A DNA stretch of 64,000 nucleotides from Piedraia hortae CBS 480.64. Lineage: Eukaryota. A program made the position numbers and the translations under genes. Positions 36,833 to 48,500 of the stretch are shown in pieces; position 1 is the stretch's first letter, and every line of letters starts with the position of its first letter. The stretch lies in the NCBI GenBank assembly GCA_010093745.1, contig MU005965.1, forward strand, positions 186,001 through 250,000, read 5' to 3'. The notes under the pieces are model-generated. The model saw only the letters and a list, made by a program, of their open reading frames with translations. It was not told the origin of the DNA and did no database searches.

Positions 36833-37361
36833 TTATTCCACCTGAACAAAGGCGTGTACTCGTCGCCTCGAGGGATAACTGAGGATGCAGGTCCCGGGTT
36901 TGGAACCTGTTACGGCGGAGGTTATGTTTGTGAATGGGAATTTTGTGGGAAAGGTGATGACGGTGTTTCGAGGTTGGTGATGCAGAAGCTTTGGGGGTTG
37001 CCGAGGGATTGTCTTTTTGGGGAGTTACCAGAAGGTGATGAGTATGGTGATGTCAAGCATGCCGTTGGGTATGATGGCTCATATCATGGTGTGTGGTGTT
37101 TGAGGGGTGCGTCTTTTAGCTCTTCTGAGATGCGAACACCTGCGTCTGCATCGGAGAAACATCATATTGGTGTTGTCAGGCTGATTGATACCGATAGGCA
37201 CATGCTGCTCCATTCCCCACCGTCGCTAGGAAATTGTTAGCCGTAAAGCGAACGAGTCGGGATTTGGACTTGCTAAAAATTGCCAAAGACGTCTGATGCT
37301 AGTGCATGTCGACCAGGTACGATCCAGAGGACGAGTAGAAAGACTAAAATTGCAACGACAT
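36833..37361 (-). pseudogene. Probable decayed secreted-protein gene
   Basis: ATG at 37361 gives MSLQF*SFLLVLWIVPGRHALA (signal-peptide-like). A 48-nt GC-AG intron (37273-37226) with a GCTAAC branch is followed by NFYDGGEWSSMC. Several stops and a frameshift lie downstream. Confidence 0.35.
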
Positions 37362-38242
37362 GGTAACAAAAACAAAAAGTTTAAATCTGCGGTGAGAAAT
37401 TGATGAACCAAATGCTACAGGTGACGGCGAGGGATGGTAAATGCAAAGACTGTTAGTGTCACCTGCCAAAGGCTTCGAGCACTTACATTTGGATCGGTGT
37501 GTTGGATCATGGCCTACATCATGATATAGGGTTGTATGTAGAGTGGTGGAGGAACATAGACCCAGGAGAAGCAACTACGCCATCCGACCACGTATGAAAG
37601 CAAAGCTTGGTACTAATTTTTTGGGAGCTAATCCTCCCCTGGGACGACGTCACTCGACTACGTGACGTTAGTGAATGTCGGCGTCCGCCTGCGAGAGTGT
37701 GGCACGTGGGAGCGTATCCTCGACGTTCTGCAAATGGGAGCAATCACTTTCAAAGATTGCCTTCTGATCTGTGGAATGCCCAACCAACTTTGCGTAGTTT
37801 GACAGCCTCAGGATGGTGCGAAGTCGTTTTTACAGCTAGGAACTTGTTTCGGAGGAGGTGCATATCCATCAAGCAGGTGTAATGTTCACAATTGCAAGAT
37901 TCTCTTTCCACTGGAAACAGGGTTCTTGTTTGATGGAATGACACTTAAGAGTATGCACCTAGTTAGCTATTGTAGCGATGAATCAAAACGCTGGAAATCA
38001 CTGTACAAGGAAGACACGCCCGACTAACATACACCTTTTCGCTCCTGAAAGTCTCATTCTAAGCTACTTAGCATGCACACGACTTTTATGCCATGATATG
38101 CCTGGCAATGAACATGACCAACAGATGCGTCCATTGGCACATGTAACCATATCCAGTCAGTTTTAGAGAAGGTGGTCACAAGATATTCGGATGGCATCAC
38201 GAAAAGATTAAAGCGAATTCGAATCATCATGGATGAACAGGC

Positions 38243-39853
38243 TCACTGAGTTCCGGGTGCACCGCCTTGGTGGGTACTTTGTTGCTGTTGCTGATTGGCC
38301 AGATGAGCATACCATAGGGCCCAGGCCGCATATTGGTCAGGTTGAGCCTGCATGTCAGTGCCTGGCTGGGTCATTGGCAATTGAAAGGCTGTCATGGGGT
38401 TGGTTGTAGACGGAACCGGGGCCGCATACTGCTGCCCGTACACGGCAGTCGAGGCTTGTGGCGGCTGCGGTAATGATGGGGGACCTTCGAGTTTGGAGTC
38501 ACGGTTGCCACCACGACCGGCTGCGGCATCACGTTGTTGGACGGTTTCAACCTTCTCCCAGATGGTTCGCTCAGCCTCCTCCATGCTACGAGTCGAACCT
38601 GACAGATCGATACGACGGGTCACGTCAGGCCGCGAGGGCTGATGCACATTGATTTTGCAGCCGCTGGTACGCTGCAGTTCTTTGATGGTTTCACCTCCTT
38701 TCCCGATGATCATACCAACCGCCTCGGACGGAACATGGATCGTTTTCTCAACGTGGTCACTTGCACCGAGATTGCCAAATCCACGGTCACGAGTAGCAGG
38801 GGTGGCATTGGCGTTGGCAGAACTAGAGCCACGACCAGCGGTGGTATCTCTGCTGTCACTTTCGACGATTTCCAGAATCAATTCTTTAGCCTTGGCCGTG
38901 GCCGCCTCACTTCCTATGAGGTTCACGGGCCTCAGGCCGTTTACACTTTTGTTTTCACCCACAATGTTTACGTGGCAGCCACTCTTTTCCTGCACGTCTT
39001 TGATCGTCTCTCCGCCACGGCCGATGATTAGACCGACTGTCCTGTCAGGTACCATGATTTGCGTACTTGCCTCACCATCACGAAGAGCGGGAAGGTTGAC
39101 CTTTGCGCGACCAGGCATCCCGGGCGTATAGGCACCTTTGTCCGGCTGCACAACTTGGCCTCCGTTTTCTTCTATAATTTGGAAAATGGCATCTTTGGCG
39201 GCGATACGGGCCCGCAACGAACCAGAAATGGTGCACTGACGCTCCGGTACGTGTGAGTCTCTAGCCTGAAGGAACTGGACGCGAGCACCAGTATCAGACT
39301 CTATGCGGCGCATGTTCTCGCCATTGCGGCCGATGATTAGGCCGACGAGGGAAGAGCGAACACGAATCGTCTCCGTTTCACCGTCACCACCACGGTAACC
39401 GATGGGCGGGTCGCGAGACCCGCGGAAGCCACGGTCAGGCGACAGCGATCTGCGATGTGAGCCACGTCTAGGATCATCACGACGTTCATCACGATACGGA
39501 TTAGCACCATACGTGTCGCGTCTGAGAGGCGAACGGGAGCGGGAGCGGGAGCGATAGTCACGTCGATAACGATCACGCGACGCTGATCCAGTGTCAAAAT
39601 GTGGCACACCACGGTCTGCTGCGATGGTCCTGGCTTTGGCAATGGCGTCGGCAATATTGACTGACCCGCTGTTTACCGGTTTGATCGAGCTGAGGTCAAG
39701 GCTGCCGATGTTGGAGGGCAGGGGCAAGGCGTGCGCTTGGGGCGGCGCACTCGGCGGGGGGATGGGATAGGCTGCTTGCTGCGGCTGAACAGGTGTTGCG
39801 TTGCCCCCCTGGGCCAGGGCCGCCAAAATGGAGGCAATGTTAGGGGCAGCCAT
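38243..39853 (-). CDS. Triple KH-domain RNA-binding protein (FUBP/KSRP-like) with an RS-rich segment
   Basis: Three GxxG loops (GLIIGRNG, GLIIGRGG, GMIIGKGG), an RSRSRSRSP stretch and a C-terminal YAAWALWY motif. Confidence 0.92.
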   Translation of the reverse strand: MAAPNIASILAALAQGGNATPVQPQQAAYPIPPPSAPPQAHALPLPSNIGSLDLSSIKPVNSGSVNIADAIAKARTIAADRGVPHFDTGSASRDRYRRDYRSRSRSRSPLRRDTYGANPYRDERRDDPRRGSHRRSLSPDRGFRGSRDPPIGYRGGDGETETIRVRSSLVGLIIGRNGENMRRIESDTGARVQFLQARDSHVPERQCTISGSLRARIAAKDAIFQIIEENGGQVVQPDKGAYTPGMPGRAKVNLPALRDGEASTQIMVPDRTVGLIIGRGGETIKDVQEKSGCHVNIVGENKSVNGLRPVNLIGSEAATAKAKELILEIVESDSRDTTAGRGSSSANANATPATRDRGFGNLGASDHVEKTIHVPSEAVGMIIGKGGETIKELQRTSGCKINVHQPSRPDVTRRIDLSGSTRSMEEAERTIWEKVETVQQRDAAAGRGGNRDSKLEGPPSLPQPPQASTAVYGQQYAAPVPSTTNPMTAFQLPMTQPGTDMQAQPDQYAAWALWYAHLANQQQQQSTHQGGAPGTQ

Positions 39854-39991
39854 GGAGTAGTTGATGTTGGGCTGAGTGTGCGAGGTTGAAAATCCAGTTT
39901 TCGCTTTGCCTGTGTGTGACTAGGGTTAGGATAGCTGGTTAGGGTTAGGTTTGACATGGCGGAATTATGGCCGCTACCACTCTTTCTGACA

Positions 39992-40696
39992 ATGTCAACC
40001 CCCCTTTTGGTTGGAATATCAGGGCCATCTTGCTCTGGCAAGACTACACTGGCACGGCTTCTGCGTGATGTTGTCCCGGAAACGACGGTGTTACATGAGG
40101 ACGATTTCTACAAAACCGATGCAGATATTCCATTAAAGGATGGTGTCTCGGACTGGGATTGCTTGGAAGCAATCGACCTACCTGCCCTTGCAAATGCTTT
40201 AAAGCATGTCAAGGAAAAAGGCTCTCTTCCATCGAATTTGATGTCCAAAGAGGACAAGAATACGGTGGGTAAAGTGGCCATAGACCAGAAAAAGGTCGAT
40301 GCTCTCAAGAAGAGAGCTGCAGCCGAGCATAGCCAACGTCGAGTATGCATTGTGGACGGGTTTCTGCTTTACTCTGAGGAGATGAAAACGGTGCGGGATC
40401 TGCTTGATATCAAGCTCTTCTTACCTCTGGAATTTGCAACTGTAAAGTCACGTAGAGAGAGAAGGTCTGGCTACATGACGCTCGAGGGTTTCTGGGAAGA
40501 TCCACCAAACTACGTGGAAAACATTGTCTGGCCAAACTATGCCAGGGACCATGCGTTTCTGTTCAAGGATGGAAACGTGGAAGGTGAGTTGGATGAGGCA
40601 AAGCTCAAGCGTCTCGACATAGGCGCACGTTCTACAGATGATATGACAGCCAGTCTAGAATGGGCCTATGAAATTGTAGCAAAGGCATTACATTGA
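39992..40696 (+). CDS. NRK1: Nicotinamide riboside kinase
   Basis: VGISGPSCSGKTT P-loop, LHEDDFYK, WDC, IVDGFLL and GYMTLEGFWEDPPNY. An alternative in-frame ATG lies at 39956. Confidence 0.9.
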   Translation: MSTPLLVGISGPSCSGKTTLARLLRDVVPETTVLHEDDFYKTDADIPLKDGVSDWDCLEAIDLPALANALKHVKEKGSLPSNLMSKEDKNTVGKVAIDQKKVDALKKRAAAEHSQRRVCIVDGFLLYSEEMKTVRDLLDIKLFLPLEFATVKSRRERRSGYMTLEGFWEDPPNYVENIVWPNYARDHAFLFKDGNVEGELDEAKLKRLDIGARSTDDMTASLEWAYEIVAKALH

Positions 40697-40795
40697 TAGT
40701 ACAGTTCATAACTCGTAAGAGTCAGCCAAGAGTTCTGGCTCATCGCCTGGCCTCTGCGAATTCATCAGTCGATAATAGTCAGCCACGATTGCTAC

Positions 40796-41154
40796 CTATC
40801 GCCTGGCCTCTTTTGCTTTTGGGCTGACTGCGGATGAAGACTTTCTCTTATTGGCCTTGTGCTTGCTGGACTGCACGGGCGGGTTATCGTTTGGGCGGGG
40901 CTTGTCATTGTCAGGAAATGACACGAGGCTCTTCTCATCCTCAGGGGTAAAGCCGGCAATGATGTTTTGCAGATGCAGGCGTGTTTGGGCGAGGGACTGC
41001 AGGGGTCAGATAAGGTGTATGCAGGGGACAGACGAACCTCGCAGCGGTGAAAAGACAAGGTCGAGAGTAAGTGGTAACTTTGGAGCACCGTAGCAGCTTC
41101 GGCCCGCCTTTCTTCCTTGGCAAAATCGTCTGGTTGAGGCTTTGTAGGTTGCAT
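40796..41154 (-). CDS. Small hypothetical protein, 105 aa (exons 41154-41038, 40996-40796)
   Basis: A 41-nt intron (GTTCGT...CTGAC...CAG) joins EERRAEAATVLQSYHLLSTLSFHRCE to SLAQTRLHLQNIIAG; basic C-terminus. Confidence 0.65.
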
Positions 41155-41242
41155 TTTCTCCAACTGCGCAACCGTTGGCTGTCGCCACTCCACGTGTTCA
41201 CCACAGGCTGCAGATGTTTGACGGCCGATCGCTACAACGACG

Positions 41243-43105
41243 ATGCCAACACGGCTCAATCCGTGCAGTCATCTGCCGCGGCGCCTCCAGATCGTCGCTA
41301 GCCTGGTGACATTTGTGTTGGTCGGCGTCTTTGTCATCGGTAGCGGCAACGACGACCGTGGCCAGTACCTGCAGCAGTTCCAAGCGGGCGCGGCGCACGT
41401 CGTCGACCGATTACCACTGCCGCGGGAGCTGCCCAGGACGCCGCTGTGGCTCAATCCCTTCCGCGGCCCCGCCCACCGCCCGCCCGAACAGGCCAATAGC
41501 AGCGCCGGCGAGGCGCGATGGTACAGCGACTTCAAATGGCGGAATCCCTTCTCCAGCTCTGTTACACTAGACGAAGACCGCGCCGTGTTACCGCCGCTGC
41601 GAACGCGACCGCCCGTCTACACCTACTTCGACCCGCCCGCGCGCTCAGCCGAGGACAAAAAGGCTGACCAGGCGCTGCTGCAGACATGGCGGAGGGCATG
41701 GTGGGCGCAAGGCTTCCGGCCGATCGTACTGAGCAAGTCGGATGCCATGAACAACCCTCTATACCCATCCGCCCAAGCGCTGCATCTGGAGCCCGAGATG
41801 GAGCAAGAGATGATGCGCTGGCTAGCCTGGGCACACATGGGCACTGGGGTGCTATGCGACCGGTTCGCCTTGCCAATGGCTCCCTACGACGACGCCCTAC
41901 TCAGCTTCCTGCGACGCGGCCAATACCCCGAACTCAGCCACTACGACGGGCTCGAGAACGCCCTCTTCGTCGGCAGCAAAGACGACATCCTCAAAGCCCT
42001 CAAAGAAGCCATCGCATCACCGGCCATCCAGCGAGTCAAAAGCATTCCTGAAGCCGTCTCGCCAGGAACCATCCTCAACGACCCCAACCACGACGGCGTA
42101 GCCTACTACTCCAACAACACCCTCTCCGAAAAGTATACCCGAGTCTGGGACCAACTCACAAACACCACAACCTCCCCCACCGGCCTAACCCTCCTCCGCG
42201 ACCTCATAAACTCGCATTTGCACAACACCTGGCTCGAAACCTTCACCAGCGGGATTGCGGTCCTCAAACCCCTAGGGGACACGACCGCCCTAATTCAACC
42301 GGCTCTCAACCTTGCTCGAAACCTGACCAGCTGTTCCCCCACCCCCATTCCAGCAAGCTGTCCCCCCAACCGACCAAAATGCATCCCCTGCGTCTCGAAA
42401 CACCGTCTCCCCACCCTGACCCGTCCCCTATACCGCAACTCCAGCACGCTCTTCACCATCGGAACCGTCCCTCACCCTCACACCCTCCTGACCCTAACCC
42501 ACACCCACCCCCTCAACGTCTTCTACGTCCGCCGCCACACCAAACGCGATGTCTGGATCCAATCCATCACCAAAGAATTCCTCGGCACGGGAATCTCCTC
42601 ATTCGCGCGTCTAACCCCTCTTAAAGAAGCAATCGCCTCCCCTAACGGCGAAGCCCACTCAATCTGGTTCACAGCGGAGCAGCCCTACTCCCCAAATGAA
42701 GTAGACTGGGTGTTGGGGTTCCAAGTCCCCCGACAGGAGCTCGAGAATGGGAAGTCGGAGACGCCCGTTCCCGGTCCGGAGCGGCGGCCGAAAAAATCAG
42801 ATGAGCAGGAGGGGAGGGAAGCTTCGCCTGAGCAGTTAGCCAAGGAGGAAGCAAAGCTCGCTTCGTCGGTGGAGTTTCTAACAAAACGCCCTAAGGGTGG
42901 GAAGAAGGGTGCTGCTGACGCAGCACAGCGGAAGAGGATCAAAGAGATGATTGAGGCGTGGAATCTAGCTGATACTGAAGCGTGGAAGTTTGTTAGAGCG
43001 TGGGATGCGCGGCGAAAACTCGAGAGAGGAAAATGGGAGGAGGAGGAAGAAGGATTCGTTAATAGGGAGAGCGTGCTTGAAAAGTTGGTGGACAAGTTGT
43101 CGTGA
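41243..43105 (+). CDS. Fungal hypothetical protein with an N-terminal membrane anchor
   Basis: 620-aa ORF with hydrophobic IVASLVTFVLVGVFVIG and conserved-looking blocks WRRAWWAQGFRP, SCPPNRPKC and EAWNLADTEAWKFVRA. Confidence 0.8.
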   Translation: MPTRLNPCSHLPRRLQIVASLVTFVLVGVFVIGSGNDDRGQYLQQFQAGAAHVVDRLPLPRELPRTPLWLNPFRGPAHRPPEQANSSAGEARWYSDFKWRNPFSSSVTLDEDRAVLPPLRTRPPVYTYFDPPARSAEDKKADQALLQTWRRAWWAQGFRPIVLSKSDAMNNPLYPSAQALHLEPEMEQEMMRWLAWAHMGTGVLCDRFALPMAPYDDALLSFLRRGQYPELSHYDGLENALFVGSKDDILKALKEAIASPAIQRVKSIPEAVSPGTILNDPNHDGVAYYSNNTLSEKYTRVWDQLTNTTTSPTGLTLLRDLINSHLHNTWLETFTSGIAVLKPLGDTTALIQPALNLARNLTSCSPTPIPASCPPNRPKCIPCVSKHRLPTLTRPLYRNSSTLFTIGTVPHPHTLLTLTHTHPLNVFYVRRHTKRDVWIQSITKEFLGTGISSFARLTPLKEAIASPNGEAHSIWFTAEQPYSPNEVDWVLGFQVPRQELENGKSETPVPGPERRPKKSDEQEGREASPEQLAKEEAKLASSVEFLTKRPKGGKKGAADAAQRKRIKEMIEAWNLADTEAWKFVRAWDARRKLERGKWEEEEEGFVNRESVLEKLVDKLS

Positions 43106-43170
43106 GGGGATTGTAGGATAGATAGGAAGGGGGTTTTTATTCTGCGGAAAGGATATTTTATTAGACTTTC

Positions 43171-45273
43171 CTATGTTTTATCTCCATGATCTACGTGAGG
43201 ATGGTTCATCTCGCTATCCTCGCGGCCGAAGAGACGGCTGAACCATCGGATCTCGACTTGTTGTGTGGCGTCCCGTTTGGGTAATAACAGGGCGTCGTGG
43301 GGTGTGTAGTCTTTTGATGTGAACTCCGCCCTTCGCGCGATGAAGTGGGGCCAGACAGAGGGGAGACCTGGCTGGCGAACGCGTTCGCGTTCACAGTTCA
43401 TTAGGAACTCACCGTACTGGCCCGCGTAGGTGTGGTAGAGGAGTCGGACGAGGAAACGTTCGTTGAATTCGAATGCTGAAGGGTACTGTCTCTGCAGCTG
43501 GTAGACGGAGTCGAGGAATTGGTGGAAGATGGGAGCTACTTCTTTCTCGTCCATCCGTTGTTGTTGCGGTTCTTTGTCATTGGGCGTGGCGGGGGAGTGG
43601 ATGATTGGGTTCGCGGGAGGGTTGGACTTTTGGGGTGTTGAGTCCGCAGGGGTTAGTTCTGCTTGGCGGAAACGGTCGTTCCACCATGTTTTTGCTCCCG
43701 CTAGGGCTTTGGAGCCGAGGGCTTGGAGGTTGGTTGGGTCGGATGAGGTACTTTGGTTCGATGGTGAGGGCTGGATGCGTTCGTTTTCGACTTGGAACCA
43801 TTTCTCGCTGCCCATGATGCCGCTGCGGTCGCGGAATTTGTGGCCGAATGAGAGAAAGTCTTTTTGGATGAGGACGATGAAGCCGTCTAGGGTGCGGTAG
43901 TATGGGTCTAGCATTATCTGGGCTAGGGCCGAGACCTGTGAAGTGCGATCCCAGCCATCGGAACAGTGCGTTAGGACATGGCTGCCTGCCAGACCCACGG
44001 CTCGCGCTATTAATTCTGATCCGTCTATGATAAGTGCAATGTGTCGTAGCCAGCCAGACCGTCGGAGCATGTCCTGGTTCGGCTGCAGATCTAGGTAGTC
44101 TGAGTTTGCGAGGCTGTCAACCACCTTCTGCAAAGACGCTCGCATCGTATGGATGTTTTCAATGTTGAGGAATACTTTCTCCACTGCTGCATCGACTGAA
44201 TAGTGAGAGGTGTCCTCGATACCGCCGCCGCCCGCCATGTTGGCCATAACGTTCAAGCGAGGTCGAGCATCTACAATCAGGTTTCGTCGCGAGGTGCCAT
44301 ATACCTTGGGCTTCACCCCCGTTTCCGGTCCCATATCCTCGACCTCACTCCCGATATCTGTCTCAGTCTTTTCAGATGCCAGCGATGTTGTAGATTGCGC
44401 AGCCGAGATAGAACACCGAGTTATACCATCCTCTGGCGGCGAATGGCTCATGAATATGGCAGACACTAGGCGTTCGTCCTGGGGACTGCGTTTGCCCTTG
44501 ACTCCCGTCATGGGCTGAGAGCATCGGGTAATGCTCCCACCATTGAAATGGAGATATGTCAGAGCAGGAATCCGAGACTTTGATCGGAAATGGCCGCCGT
44601 ATTTGAGTATGTTATCGCTGACCGAGCTCGGCACACACAAGAGACTGGGATATGTACCTGAAAAGGAATAGTCCTTGTTGATTTCCGTTATACGCCATGC
44701 GGCTCCTGGTCCATCGATTGATGCCTTTGGACCGATGCCCATGCGCGTAAACTCCTTGAGGGCATTATAAGGAGTAAACTGGGCAACGCACTCTTCCTGC
44801 GGTGGTTGGAAGTGATATGCCAACAAATCTTCTACCCGACTCACACAACAGCGGGAGCGCAGTTGGAAGAAGACGCTGCGCGCTGTTTCGTCTGCTGAGG
44901 GCGAGTGAAAATGAAACGCCATCATGTGGAAATCCTTGCGCCGGATGCGGATGCTGGGAGCACGGCTGCTGTCGAGAGCCGCGCCCCCGTCGCCATCCGG
45001 GCTCTGCGGTGCATCAGTCAGCAGGTAGCCGTTGGTAACGACTGCGCTGCCCGTTTTGCTGCCGTCAGGAGCTTGCCTGGGCACAGAGCGACCATATGTA
45101 TGGCTGGGTCTAAGCACACAGTGGCTAATTATCGGATACGGAATCCACAGCTTTTTAGTTCGCTGACTTGCCTCGTCCTGCACATAGGTAAAGGTAAGGT
45201 GATGACGCTCGAGGCTCAAGGTTCCAAGCGTCTGCCTCGCCTGCCGATGTAGTTGGACATGTTCCACCTGCAT
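43171..45273 (-). CDS. YMR1: Myotubularin-family phosphoinositide 3-phosphatase
   Basis: Catalytic HCSDGWDRT, FRSKSRIPALTY, IVDARP and PIFHQFLD..YQL..QYP.AFEFNE. The 5' end could include an extra short exon. Confidence 0.93.
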   Translation of the reverse strand: MQVEHVQLHRQARQTLGTLSLERHHLTFTYVQDEASQRTKKLWIPYPIISHCVLRPSHTYGRSVPRQAPDGSKTGSAVVTNGYLLTDAPQSPDGDGGAALDSSRAPSIRIRRKDFHMMAFHFHSPSADETARSVFFQLRSRCCVSRVEDLLAYHFQPPQEECVAQFTPYNALKEFTRMGIGPKASIDGPGAAWRITEINKDYSFSGTYPSLLCVPSSVSDNILKYGGHFRSKSRIPALTYLHFNGGSITRCSQPMTGVKGKRSPQDERLVSAIFMSHSPPEDGITRCSISAAQSTTSLASEKTETDIGSEVEDMGPETGVKPKVYGTSRRNLIVDARPRLNVMANMAGGGGIEDTSHYSVDAAVEKVFLNIENIHTMRASLQKVVDSLANSDYLDLQPNQDMLRRSGWLRHIALIIDGSELIARAVGLAGSHVLTHCSDGWDRTSQVSALAQIMLDPYYRTLDGFIVLIQKDFLSFGHKFRDRSGIMGSEKWFQVENERIQPSPSNQSTSSDPTNLQALGSKALAGAKTWWNDRFRQAELTPADSTPQKSNPPANPIIHSPATPNDKEPQQQRMDEKEVAPIFHQFLDSVYQLQRQYPSAFEFNERFLVRLLYHTYAGQYGEFLMNCERERVRQPGLPSVWPHFIARRAEFTSKDYTPHDALLLPKRDATQQVEIRWFSRLFGREDSEMNHPHVDHGDKT

Positions 45274-45513
45274 ATTGTTAACACGGTGTTCAATGGGTCC
45301 GTGTCACGTCTGCCTTGACAACTATCAGCGTTGACACGACACATGCTAATAGTCAAAACATTTTTGCTACGTACAGGCAGATTGGGCTTGCACTTCCAAC
45401 CTGCCCAGCGCTGCTTTCTGTATCTACCACATCCACAAACACCAATAGACATGTACACCATTAAGACGCCTCGCTCCCTTGTACACTCTTTTCTGTACCT
45501 CCATTACATCGCC

Positions 45514-48500
45514 CTAGGCGAACCCGAAGTACTCTGCTCCCGCCGTGATTGCTGTATACAGACGCTGGCGCAGCTCGTCAAAGCTCTCATACTCTGGCAA
45601 ATCCATTTGGTTGAAGCACGTATGGCTGGTCGGAAGCCTTTCCTTGCCACCAGGATCAAGGTGGATTGTGAACTTGGAATGTCCATTCATCCCTTCAAGT
45701 TCCTTGAATCCATTAAGCGGCACCTTGCTCGTGCCCGTCACAAACTGTAACAGCTTGGCTCTTTCCTCTTTGCCAAAGCCACGCATGGCCCGCCAGAACC
45801 ACTGGATTTGCGGGGAGTTGGCATGGTATCCTTGGTACTCGCTGTTGTTCTTCCAGTCGTCCACATCAATGTCTGGGAGACCCGAAATCAGCAGCTCCAG
45901 CTCCTGTTCGTCGAAAATAGAGATGAGCTCACGTGGGATGATCTGATGGAACCCTTCGAGGAAGCCATTAAGCTGCTCCTCGACAACGCCAATGAGACGA
46001 AATTCCACCATCTTCTGAACGTAGAGATGCTTGTTCGCCTCCGTCACCTCAATGTTTCGCCCATCTTCAATGAGGTCGACCGTGACAATCTGTCCAAAAC
46101 GATCGTACTCCCACGAAAACGTGTGATACAACGTATCCGTGATGTCGTTCTCCAGCATCCAGACAAGGGACTTGTAATACTCTAGATCCAGGCTCTCCAT
46201 GTCCTTTAGTGACACCGTCTTCCCAAGAAGCTTGCGGTACACGGCCCTGCTGAAGTGGCAGTCTAACAGACGGCCCTCGTAAAGAGCCTTGCCAAGGATG
46301 CGGCCAACAAAGCGGAAGTAGAGCAAGTGTTCTTGGTTGACCCCGCTCAGCTGGTTGGGATGGAAAGTAGTCTTGTCCGACTCAACCGGAATGAACAAGG
46401 CGTAATCGGCATTGAACATCTGCCGAGACAGCGAGGCAAACCATTCCCGAGTGACGCCGCCGGCATCGACTCCCTCTTCTCCAACGAAGCGAATGTTCAA
46501 CTTGCCATACTTGAGTTCTTGCGGCTTCTTGAAGTAGAGAGCTTTGAATGAATCCAGGAAAACGTGATCTCGCCTGACGTTCAATTGAAGAGATCCGTTG
46601 TTTGCCGCCCGGGATTCATTGCGAGAGTGCAGCGTCCGGTTGAAGTAGGCGCGTTTATTGTCAAACTCCAGCACCTTTGGGTTCTTGGCCAAAATCGACA
46701 GGTTGCCGCTCATCAGCTTCGGATTGCTGCGGATAATTTCATTCAGAATCTGCCGATTTTCGTCTGTGAAGGTAAAGAAGAGCTTCTCCAAGCGGGCTGA
46801 GCCCGGTAGCGATGCACCGTGAGCAGGACTCGACACGCTGCTTGCAGTGGCAGTTTCGATCATGGGCGTATGGCGACATACCACCATCAGCGACTCAATG
46901 AGTGGCAAGAGCATGGTTGCAATGTTGATCATGTTGCCCTTCTCGCGAATAGCAGCCAGGCAAGTAGTCAAGCCCGCCCACAACTGCACAAAAGTGTCGC
47001 TCTCATAGAGCTGGGAGAGAATGTCCGTTTTCGCGTCATCACTCCGTTCCGTCACTTCTGGGATGCGTTTGGGATCGAAGATATAATCCAATGCGAGGAG
47101 CACCCTTAGCAGCTTGCGTTGATTCGAGCCCGACGACGAAAAATTAGCTAGAGCAAGGCCTTGGAGCTCCGTGCTACTCTGAGCCGTCTCGACATGCTTG
47201 GTTAGCTCCTGTAGATGAGAGAGCACCATTGTTCCCGTTTGCTGGGCTTGACGCACAAGCTCCTTGCCAAACACTTGCTTGGCACCGGGAATCGCCGACA
47301 AGTTCTTGATGATGGACAGCGTTGCCCTGAATGTGCTGCTAGGACATTCGCGCGACGCCAAGATGCTCACAACAAGACGAATGCTGTCCTCTGGAACGTC
47401 AGGCATGCCTTCCTCTGGTGGAGTTTTGGCCTCATCCGCCTTCGACGGCTCTGCCGATGCCGCAATCGGCTCTTCGGTGGACCCACGGGAATCCACCACC
47501 GGAGCATCTTCCATCTGAACATCTGCTGCTTCACCAGCACGCCCCTGTTGCGCCTGCCCTTGTTCTGTTTGGGCTGCAGGAGGCTTCTCGGGCTCTGCTG
47601 ATCGGCGAGACATGGATGACAATTGATTAGTGACGTGCTTCAGCAGAGAAGTAATCATCTTCATGGCATCCGAGCTCTCCATGACTAATTTGCGGTTCAG
47701 CAAAGCCAACAGTGCGTTGAGCGGATATCTCGAGGCAGCATTCTCACGCATCTTACCCTGCTTACTGCCGCCCTTAGCTTTCGACACTTGCATGGGCTCC
47801 TGCTCAGACAAAAAGAAGGCTGCAACCCTCGTATTGTTAACTGCCAGTGCATCCAGCATTGCCAGACACTGTAGCACGATGCCGAGCGGAGACAGGTCCG
47901 AGCTTGGTGAACTGATAGCCGTAAACGAACGACGAGAGGCTTGGGGAGACCTTTGAGAGCTTGTCTGCTTTGCGCGCAGCGACAGCTGGGCGAAGCTGCG
48001 CTCTACAGCGCTCGTGTCTGCCGCACCGTCCTGCAAGATGGACAAGAGGATGTTGATGACTTCACCGCGGTTCTGCGCATTCCTACTGGCGTTCAACAAG
48101 ATGCTCTTCAAATGCCCCTTTGCCTTGCTCGGCAGCGAGATGAACATAAGTTTCAGCAGCGTGGCCACGCCAGCCGGGTCGAGCATCTGCACCACGGACC
48201 GTCGGTGTTTGCTCAATTCTGCGAGCCCATGATCCAGGCGCATACCGCTGGGTCCCCCATTGTGACGTCTACTGCCACCGCCCATGGTACTAAAGCCATG
48301 ACGGGGTCGTATCGAGCCCATCAGAATCCGCGCCTCAGCCCGCAAGTGCTCCGGAAGCGCGTTCAGCGTGGTTTCATCCGCTTCCAACAACAGCTGCTGG
48401 CGAAGCATTGGGTCAAGACCGTCCAGGAAGTCGCTGCCGCTTCCTTCCTCAGCTCGTGCTCCCGCATCGGCCGTGGTGCCTGTTTCAGCATTGTCTTGGG

